A DNA stretch of 23,341 nucleotides, counting the filler, from an uncultured virus (IMG/VR IMGVR_UViG_2061766007_000905) (lineage: Duplodnaviria > Heunggongvirae > Uroviricota > Caudoviricetes). It is 3 parts of one record of this genome, joined end to end, with 100 filler letters (N's around TTAATTAATTAA, not from the genome) between each part and the next. Parts side by side here need not be neighbours in the genome. Positions count along the whole stretch, not along the records: positions 15,050 to 22,025 come from IMGVR_UViG_2061766007_000905; positions 22,126 to 23,341 come from IMGVR_UViG_2061766007_000905; 1 more part is not named here. One strand, given 5' to 3'. Below are positions 17,396 through 23,341 of the stretch, one piece after another (position 1 is the first letter of the stretch; the number at the start of each line of letters is the position of its first letter). Both the position numbers and the translations under genes were made by a program. Below the pieces are notes generated by a model. That model did not search any database. It was not told the DNA's origin and saw only the letters and a program-made list of their open reading frames with translations.

Positions 17396-18149
17396 ACCTG
17401 TTGGGTTACAACCGAGAACTAATCCACCATTCTTTTCGCCAATCTTTACAGTTGTTCCTTTACGATATTCTGTATTCCATGTATCATTGCAATCACCACT
17501 TACAGAATAGGAATTATTACCTGCTCCCTTACCAGGAATATCGAAATCTTCAGCTTCAATTACTTCACCAAGATTAAATGCTGTTCCCTTAAATGGCTTC
17601 TGCGGTTCAGGTTCAACAATCGTTACACCATCACCAGTTGGAAGACCAGTAGAATTTACGCCTTTATTATCCTTCAAATAAGACTTCAACCATGTCATTG
17701 CTGCTCTATCTTGGTTATTCTTGATAATACCAGATGTTCCGCTATTCCAAGTTGCACCATAAATATAACCCCAAAGAGTAATACCAGCAATATGTTCATT
17801 TTCCATAAAGTAAGAAATCTGTTCCTGATAGCACTGCTTCTGAATATTATCATCATCTGTGAAAATATCGTATTCACTAATGAACATTGGCATCTGAGTC
17901 TTATTCCAAATTTCTTCAATTACAGACTTCAATGTATTAATATTTAAGCAAGAACCACCGCCGCCAGTTCCGCCGTTTCCACCACCTTGGCTCATCATAT
18001 CATGAGCTTGAAGACCATAAGCATCAACTGGAGCACCTTGCTGTTTCAATTTATTAATTAAGTCAATTCCTTCGTTCTTTTGCCATTGAACTGTATTATA
18101 ATCATTATAAATCAAAATTGCATCCGGCCAACGTTCTCTTGCCATCTTA
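17396..18149 (-). CDS. GH10 endo-xylanase C-terminal half plus start of a CBM, both ends in gaps
   Basis: LIYNDYN, DAYGLQAH, PMFISEYD (nucleophile Glu), GITLWGY, then IEAEDFD CBM6-like start. Confidence 0.85.
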
Positions 18150-18161
18150 AANNNNNNNNNN

Positions 18162-18695
18162 CTTTCTATTTTTACTTATTTTACATTTTCTTGCGATAGA
18201 CCAAAGTTCATTACTATTAAATACATTTCTTCCTTCAACCCAAAAATCTTCTACAGGTTTTTCTTTAAACTTTTTACTTTCGCCTGTATTCCTATTTGTA
18301 TACCATTTAGTACCAAATTGTGAATTAAGATTTCCTGATTGTTTTATACTTGTTAATTCTCCAACAGTTTTTATAAATTCCATACGTAAAGCTTCATATG
18401 CTCGAGAATTTATATAACGACACTTTTCTTTGGTTGATTGCCCTTGCATTCGCCAAAGTGCACATAACATTTTATGTCTTTCAACAGTTCCTTTATTATA
18501 CATTTTAACTAGTAACCAATGACAGATAAAATGTTCACGTGCCGTTAATTTAACAAGGTTTTCTTTATCGTTTGTGCCTCCTAAAGACTTTGGTTGAATA
18601 TGATGTTTTTCATAATAACCTACAAGTCTGTTTCCATTTTCAGTTTCCTTTTTTGCATTTTCAATTATCTTATAATATATAGCTTTGTAATTCAT
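18162..18695 (-). CDS. HNH homing endonuclease, 3' end in gap
   Basis: YYEKHHIQPKSLGGTNDKENLVKLTAREHFICHWLL. Confidence 0.85.
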
Positions 18696-18755
18696 ATATT
18701 ATATATAATTCTTCGTTTTCCGAACTCGTAATTTCATTATTGCGAATTCTTTTCG

Positions 18756-18826
18756 TGGACCTACGGAGAGTCGAACTCCGGCGAACAGAATGCAAATCTG
18801 CAATGCTACCATTACATCATAAGCCC
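18756..18826 (-). tRNA. tRNA-Ala(TGC)
   Basis: GCAGA-TT-TGC-AT-TCTGT; G3:U70, A73. Confidence 0.88.
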
Positions 18827-18837
18827 ATAATGTTTAG

Positions 18838-18911
18838 TGCCTCCCCTCAGAATCGGACTGAGCTACTCCGGGCTTCAACCGGGTCCAATCACCAGGTTTG
18901 GATTGAAAGGC
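18838..18911 (-). tRNA. tRNA-Phe(GAA), atypical
   Basis: CCGG-TT-GAA-GC-CCGG; divergent D arm and T loop TCCGATT. Confidence 0.65.
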
Positions 18912-18920
18912 ATATTTTAG

Positions 18921-18994
18921 TGGACCTGACGGGGAACGATCCCGTAACCTTTAGCTTGCAAAGCTACTGCGCTACCAAATTGCGCCACAAGCCC
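18921..18994 (-). tRNA. tRNA-Ala(TGC)
   Basis: TAGC-TT-TGC-AA-GCTA; G3:U70, A73. Confidence 0.88.
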
Positions 18995-19002
18995 ATATTT
19001 AG

Positions 19003-19075
19003 CGGGACCGGTAGGAATCGAACCTACGACGCTTGGCTCTTCAGGCCAACGCTCTACCTACTGAGCTACAGTCCC
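19003..19075 (-). tRNA. tRNA-Phe(GAA)
   Basis: TTGGC-CT-GAA-GA-GCCAA; full cloverleaf. Confidence 0.92.
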
Positions 19076-19084
19076 AAATTTTCG

Positions 19085-19156
19085 TGGATACATATCGGAT
19101 TCGAACCGATGCCCTCTGAGTGCAAATCAGAGATACTCCCATTATACTAATGACCC
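19085..19156 (-). tRNA. tRNA-Ala(TGC)
   Basis: TCTGA-TT-TGC-AC-TCAGA; G3:U70, bulged acceptor stem. Confidence 0.8.
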
Positions 19157-19166
19157 AAATTTTTAG

Positions 19167-19239
19167 TACTCCGTCCCAGATTCGAACTGGGGTTAACCGA
19201 TAGAAAGTCGGTTGGCTTGAACCACTGGCCGAACGGAGC
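19167..19239 (-). tRNA. tRNA-Glu(TTC)
   Basis: ACCGA-CT-TTC-TA-TCGGT. Confidence 0.85.
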
Positions 19240-19253
19240 AAATATTGTTTTTT

Positions 19254-19284
19254 AAGTGGTGTCTCCACTACTGGACTACCAGCA
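19254..19284 (-). pseudogene. remnant 5' half of a tRNA
   Basis: GCTGG-TA-GTCCAGTAGTGGAGAC-ACCAC-TT resembles acceptor 5' strand and D arm, then stops. Confidence 0.4.
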
Positions 19285-19290
19285 AAGTAT

Positions 19291-19324
19291 AAAAGAAAAG
19301 TTCCTGCGCATTGTGCACAGGAAC
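19291..19324 (-). terminator. attenuator terminator before the Glu/Ala/Phe tRNA operon
   Basis: GTTCCTGTGCA-CAA-TGCGCAGGAAC-TTTTCTTTT. Confidence 0.82.
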
Positions 19325-19350
19325 CGTTTTTTCAAACTTATTTAGGTTAA

Positions 19351-19464
19351 CTACCTAATCCTATGCACTGTATCTGAACAAAATGCTTCAAACGCTGCAG
19401 CTGCGAATTCAGCTGCGGCACGTTCTGCTGCAAAAAATTCATGTTCAAATACGTTCATAGTCAT
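19351..19464 (-). CDS. leader peptide MTMNVFEHEFFAAERAAAEFAAAAFEAFCSDTVHRIR
   Basis: 37 codons, 21 of codons 6-28 are E/F/A; AAAGGT RBS. Confidence 0.82.
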   Translation of the reverse strand: MTMNVFEHEFFAAERAAAEFAAAAFEAFCSDTVHRIR

Positions 19465-19526
19465 TTTTGTTACCTTTATATTATATATAAAAAATTTTTC
19501 CTGTTTTTTGTTATTTTACGTTGTTA

Positions 19527-19555
19527 AATATAGTAAAAAGTTTTTGGTTTGTCAA
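19527..19555 (-). promoter_or_regulatory. sigma70 promoter of leader/tRNA operon
   Basis: TTGACA-17-TATATT. Confidence 0.7.
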
Positions 19556-19579
19556 CCCCTTTTTAAAATATTTTTTTAG

Positions 19580-19643
19580 TGGGAAAGCAGGACTTTAACC
19601 TACAACATGCACGATGGCCGCTCTGACATTGAGCTATTTCCCA
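19580..19643 (-). ncRNA. tRNA-like RNA lacking a proper anticodon arm
   Basis: GGGAAA/TTTCCC acceptor, GCTC/GAGC D stem, GTAGG/CCTGC T stem; only 16 nt between D and T arms. Confidence 0.55.
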
Positions 19644-19647
19644 TGAT

Positions 19648-19782
19648 ATTAAAATAAAATGTTCTGAAGGAATCCCGATTCTCCACCTTCATGTAAGACC
19701 GTTCTTGCCGGTAATTGGCAAGCTGACCGCAACGCCGTCCTTACGTCTATTTATTGATCGTTCTAGCGAACATTCATTTAAC
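19648..19782 (-). ncRNA. unrecognised ~135 nt structured RNA
   Basis: Own TTGACA-17-TATATT promoter (19790-19818); closing stem AAATGAATGTTC/GAACATTTTATTT; inner stems GTAAGGAC/GTCTTAC, CTTGCC/GGCAAG, TGAAGG/CCTTCA. Confidence 0.6.
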
Positions 19783-19840
19783 AAGATTAAATATAGTAAA
19801 AAGTTTTTGATTTGTCAACCTTTTTTAAAATATTTTTTAG

Positions 19841-19952
19841 TGGGGAAAGCAGGATTCGAACCTACGACGCACGCCTTGAGATGAAAAATAGGAACGTTAT
19901 ATGCATTACTACGTAACGTAATACCGTTGCTCTACCACTGAGCTATTTCCCC
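19841..19952 (-). ncRNA. tRNA-like RNA with anticodon arm replaced by a ~55 nt insert
   Basis: Canonical acceptor GGGGAAA/TTTCCCC, D and T arms; insert contains GTATTAC/GTAATGC hairpin and GTTCCTATT. Confidence 0.65.
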
Positions 19953-19956
19953 ATGT

Positions 19957-20023
19957 TGTAACACGGAATGTAATTTGCTATTTAAAAAATTAATGATTTA
20001 ATAGGAACATTCTTTGCGTTACA
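19957..20023 (-). ncRNA. rod-like small RNA with GTTCCTATT motif
   Basis: Starts at expected +1 of TTTACA-17-TATATT promoter; TGTAACGC/GTGTTACA and GAATGT/ACATTC stems. Confidence 0.5.
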
Positions 20024-20066
20024 TATTAAATATAGTAAATTATTTTTATTTTGTAAACCCTATAAT

Positions 20067-20405
20067 TTATTTTTCATATTTATCTATAACATGCTTAAGC
20101 GAATCAATAACCGCTGCCGTATCTATAGGCTTAATGCTATATTTAACAGAGTCGGAATACCAGCGAGAACGTTTTTCCAGACAGTCTATCGTATTTTCTG
20201 TACATTTTGGCTTCAGTTTTAGAAACGTTTCATATCGCTCATGTTCATCTGGTGTCTGTGTAAAGAATAGAATGCCTGTTATAATAAGTGCCAAACCCCA
20301 AATTTTCTTTACGCCCTTTATCGCAAACATAATACACAATCCCAACGTTATAAATACCGCCGTAAAAATTATAAGGCATAGCGCAAAAAAATTTATAATA
20401 ACCAT
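20067..20405 (-). CDS. membrane protein (two TM helices)
   Basis: Start moved to MVIINFFAL at 20405. Confidence 0.65.
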   Translation of the reverse strand: MVIINFFALCLIIFTAVFITLGLCIMFAIKGVKKIWGLALIITGILFFTQTPDEHERYETFLKLKPKCTENTIDCLEKRSRWYSDSVKYSIKPIDTAAVIDSLKHVIDKYEK

Positions 20406-20412
20406 ATATACC

Positions 20413-20913
20413 TTATCGTGTTTCAATCCGTTTGCATGCTGCAGCATACATCTTTTCCCAATCTGGCGTAGGCTCTTCATCAGGTTCATGTTTTTCATCC
20501 TCGCATGAACCATAAGCACATTTACATTTTGGACAATATACATTACCGTCCAACGGCATATAAGCTCTTAGATGGTCCTTATCGTCGATATAAACGGCAA
20601 AATGAATAGGGAATTCCCAATCTCCGCCTGCGAAACACCAGATAATCGATGTTCCGTCTGGAAGTTTTCCATATTTTTGGCTTTCAAAATCTTCTTCCGA
20701 ATTTTCCCAATCAAATTCGAGCTTTGACAAGTCTTTTTCTATTTGAGGATTCATGTTACTGTATGCGACACAATTATGAAGCCACTCCTGAATTACTTGT
20801 TCAGAATCAGTTTCATCCATATCCTCGTCATACCCGCCATCTTCTTTAAGCTGGTCAAGCATCTTTTCAATAATATCTGTCCTTGTACATCCTTTCTTTG
20901 CATATCTTGGCAT
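20413..20913 (-). CDS. hypothetical protein (AGGDWEFP, CPKC motifs)
   Basis: ORF track, AAGGA RBS. Confidence 0.75.
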   Translation of the reverse strand: MPRYAKKGCTRTDIIEKMLDQLKEDGGYDEDMDETDSEQVIQEWLHNCVAYSNMNPQIEKDLSKLEFDWENSEEDFESQKYGKLPDGTSIIWCFAGGDWEFPIHFAVYIDDKDHLRAYMPLDGNVYCPKCKCAYGSCEDEKHEPDEEPTPDWEKMYAAACKRIETR

Positions 20914-20924
20914 AATTATTTCCT

Positions 20925-21671
20925 TTAAATAGTCCAGACTACTACAGCCTTGAATTTTTTGTGTTTTTCCTGTTCTTGCATTTCAATTTGTTGGAAGATT
21001 TGCTTAATTCGATTGATCATGTTAAGAGAAGCGGTATACACGTCCGCACAGTCAAGACCGTCCGCAATATTGGTAAATTCAATCGGATGAGTCAAATCGA
21101 TCACATACTTATCAGTATTCGGCATCAAATAATTGGTCTTACCGATTTTACTGATATTCGAATTCAAAAAATCTTCATAACTCACATACTTATTGACATA
21201 TAAATCATAAAAATAATCATATAAGTCTATTAATACACGATAATCACGTATAACGAACGTCGTATTGAGTTTTTTCTCGTCGGTAAGGTATTTTACTAAC
21301 TCGACATTTTCTTGCTTTTTAAGATATCCTATAATCAATTTACGGATAACCAGTTTTGTCCACAAATGCAATGCCTTCTGGTTATGCTCGTAAGCCGGAA
21401 TAGTCTTGCCTTCATACAAAGGCAAAGAATTTGCAATCGTTGACGCCTTATAAAACGACATATCATTGGTACAGGTATATTTTTCATTGTTTTCAATGAT
21501 ATCAATGACATGTAAGAACTTGTCAAGCTTTTTACTGTCAAGAACCCAAAACTGCTCAGAAATAGAGCTGTATTCCCTTGCATCATAAACTTTAGAATTT
21601 ATATTAAACGCGAATGATTCCCTATCGCATTCGTATGTTCCAGGTTGTCGTGAAAGATTATACTTCATCAT
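20925..21671 (-). CDS. hypothetical protein
   Basis: Start moved to MMKYNLS at 21671 with GGAG RBS; upstream part of the ORF-track call overlaps a tRNA. Confidence 0.75.
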   Translation of the reverse strand: MMKYNLSRQPGTYECDRESFAFNINSKVYDAREYSSISEQFWVLDSKKLDKFLHVIDIIENNEKYTCTNDMSFYKASTIANSLPLYEGKTIPAYEHNQKALHLWTKLVIRKLIIGYLKKQENVELVKYLTDEKKLNTTFVIRDYRVLIDLYDYFYDLYVNKYVSYEDFLNSNISKIGKTNYLMPNTDKYVIDLTHPIEFTNIADGLDCADVYTASLNMINRIKQIFQQIEMQEQEKHKKFKAVVVWTI

Positions 21672-21739
21672 ATTATTCTCCAAAAGTAAGTACAATATAA
21701 AAAAAGAATTGACTTTCGTCAACCCTAGTTTTATTTTTA

Positions 21740-21812
21740 CGCCGAAAGAGTGACTCGAACACCCAACCATCGCATTACGGAAGCGCTGCGCTACCAATTA
21801 CGCCATTCCGGC
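21740..21812 (-). tRNA. tRNA-Thr(CGT), atypical (C33)
   Basis: Positional loop TC-CGT-AA, GCC acceptor start. Confidence 0.65.
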
Positions 21813-21819
21813 ATTATAG

Positions 21820-21891
21820 AGCTGGAGATAGGACTTGAACCTACAACTTGCGGATTACTAAACCGCTATTCTACCATTGAATTACTCCAGC
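21820..21891 (-). tRNA. tRNA-Thr(AGT)
   Basis: GCGGT-TT-AGT-AA-TCCGC; full cloverleaf. Confidence 0.75.
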
Positions 21892-21894
21892 AAA

Positions 21895-21965
21895 GGCGGG
21901 TCGTAACAACCTTTTGATTAGCAATCAAACGCTCTAACTTGAGCTAAATAGGAACGACCTGTGCC
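21895..21965 (-). ncRNA. T-armless tRNA-Ser(GCT)-like RNA with GTTCCTATT motif
   Basis: GGTCGT/ACGACC stem, TAGCTCAAGTTAGAGC D arm, TTTGA-TT-GCT-AA-TCAAA arm, no T arm. Confidence 0.55.
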
Positions 21966-21976
21966 AAAATTTTTAG

Positions 21977-22025
21977 TCAGAATGAGAGGTTATGATCCTC
22001 CGACCTCACCGCCCCGAACGGTGCG
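21977..22025 (-). tRNA. tRNA-Pro(CGG), 5' part in gap
   Basis: CACCG-TT-CGG-GG-CGGTG. Confidence 0.75.
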
Positions 22026-22069
22026 NNNNNNNNNNNNNNNNNNNNNNNNNNNNNNNNNNNNNNNNNNNN

Positions 22070-22081
22070 TTAATTAATTAA
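22070..22081. other. artificial contig linker
   Basis: TTAATTAATTAA embedded in N run. Confidence 0.9.
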
Positions 22082-22126
22082 NNNNNNNNNNNNNNNNNNN
22101 NNNNNNNNNNNNNNNNNNNNNNNNNT

Positions 22127-22330
22127 GGTCCGGCAGATGAAGGACTTACCAAATACGTATTGCCTAAGATTATTTCTAACGAAGCATATACCAAGACCGG
22201 AAAATTCAATTCCGGTTATCTTAGGGATGCAATAACCGAAATTTACGAAACTGAAAATATGCCGGGAATTCTTAAGTTCTGCAGAGAATTCTTGAAACCG
22301 ATTCTTGAAAGAAATTCGACAATGTGCTAG
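22127..22330 (+). CDS. 3' end of hypothetical protein
   Basis: Open frame GPADEGLTKY...RNSTMC*. Confidence 0.5.
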   Translation, partial: GPADEGLTKYVLPKIISNEAYTKTGKFNSGYLRDAITEIYETENMPGILKFCREFLKPILERNSTMC

Positions 22331-22470
22331 GAGACATTATGATACAAGTCAGCAAGCAGAAGACTAACGAACCGCTTTATTCAATGGGCCGACATAATAT
22401 NNNNNNNNNNTTGTAGAGAATTCTTGAACCCGGTTCTTGAAAGAAATTCTACAATGTGCTAGGAGACATT

Positions 22471-23080
22471 ATGATACAAGTTAGCAAGCAGAAGACTAAC
22501 GAACCGCTTTATTCAATGGGCCGACATAATATGAATCAGGAACAGATTTGGGAAACCGAAGATAACGGCGGCTTTGAGATGATTACGGTAATGGGCGAGG
22601 CCAGAAACTGCCGAGAATATACTGAAGAATCGGTAAAAAAGGCGGTCGCTGACTTTAACGAACGTATAAAGCGAGGCGAAGGTATTGCAGTAACTATGCT
22701 GGACGATTTTNNNNNNNNNNAAATATACCGAAGAATCCGTAAAAAAGGCAGTCGCCGACTTTAACAAACGTATAAAGCGAGGCGAAGGTATTGCAGTAAC
22801 TATGCTGGACGATTTTACTATACCGATCGATAAGGCCTATGCTAAAATAAACCATGCTGAAGTTGTCGACGGTAATAAAATCAAGATGCATATGACGCTC
22901 TTGGACACTGAACAGGGCAATTATATAAAGCAGCTTATCGAATATGGTTCGAAAGAACCAGTTTATTGCAATACGAAAGAAGATCTTGAACTTAAAGTAG
23001 ATGGCATAGTCGACAAAGACCGTCTCGATAATATCTTAAACGTAACAATTGACAGCACAAATGTGTCACCAATAATCTAA
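22471..23080 (+). CDS. degenerate T4 gp21 prohead protease-like protein (split by gap and duplicated segment)
   Basis: NCREYTEESVKKAVADFNERIKRG and LLDTEQGNYIKQLIEYG resemble gp21 NGR.Y and ILDTP.G motifs. Confidence 0.5.
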
Positions 23081-23081
23081 T

Positions 23082-23341
23082 ATGGAAATCAAACACGAAA
23101 TAGTAAAACAATTACGTGACGAGGCTAAAACGGGATATGGCCTAGTTGTCGCCAGAAAAGCTTTAAAACATTTTAACGGCGACTATGAAAGAGCGAAGGT
23201 ATCGCTTAGAAACCATCGTTGGAGCACGCCTTTATCCGGTGTTGTCTATCATGAACCATGTGAAGACGATGTTGACTATATCGATTCTGAGAATTTCAGG
23301 GAGTTTGACCGCGACTTTAAGGAATGGCGTTATGCAAGACA
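23082..23341 (+). CDS. protein with EF-Ts N-terminal UBA-like domain, 3' partial
   Basis: MEIKHEIVKQLRDEAKTGYGLVVARKALKHFNGDYERAKVSLR resembles [29 protein letters not shown]. Confidence 0.55.
   Translation, partial: MEIKHEIVKQLRDEAKTGYGLVVARKALKHFNGDYERAKVSLRNHRWSTPLSGVVYHEPCEDDVDYIDSENFREFDRDFKEWRYAR

Noticed and set aside
13680..19268. ORF-track calls 13680-13883, 14605-14802, 14994-15179, 18740-19150, 19041-19268
   Set aside because: They overlap tRNA genes, terminators or gaps and are spurious
19291..19464. T-box riboswitch as explanation for the leaders
   Set aside because: No T-box consensus (GGUGGNACC bulge) or stem I; the conserved ORF with RBS fits ribosome-mediated attenuation better
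21740..21812. Reading this tRNA as Arg(CCG)
   Set aside because: Positional numbering puts CGT at 34-36 with A37-A38, and the acceptor stem is Thr-like
13620..22025. CRISPR array or tRNA-associated theta ribozymes with stop-codon recoding
   Set aside because: No regular repeat-spacer units; no HDV-like fold recognised at tRNA 3' ends; no suppressor tRNA; genes read intact in code 11 with TAG used as a stop

Overview
AT-rich segment of a large T4-like (jumbo-type) phage genome from a fragmented assembly. It has many N gaps, near-duplicate stretches flanking gaps, and two TTAATTAATTAA contig linkers at 14994-15005 and 22070-22081, so it is at least three separate contigs. Recognisable proteins: peptidase M15 endolysin, CCA-adding enzyme, radical SAM protein, gp14-like neck protein, terminase ATPase domain, SpoT-type HD hydrolase, HNH endonuclease and a Fibrobacter-like GH10 xylanase fragment. 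About 18 tRNA genes plus several non-canonical tRNA-like RNAs lie on the minus strand. Main discovery: two tRNA operons each sit behind a short leader ORF, an antiterminator at the leader's end, and an intrinsic terminator. The leader codons match the tRNAs of that operon. One leader is Glu/Phe/Ala-rich and precedes tRNA-Glu, Ala x3 and Phe x2. The other is Asp/Arg/Gly/Lys/His-rich and precedes tRNA-Asp, Arg-like, Gly, Lys and His. This looks like ribosome-mediated attenuation that would transcribe replacement tRNAs only when those tRNAs are depleted. The architecture is seen in the sequence; the function is inferred. All assignments were made by eye, without database searches.
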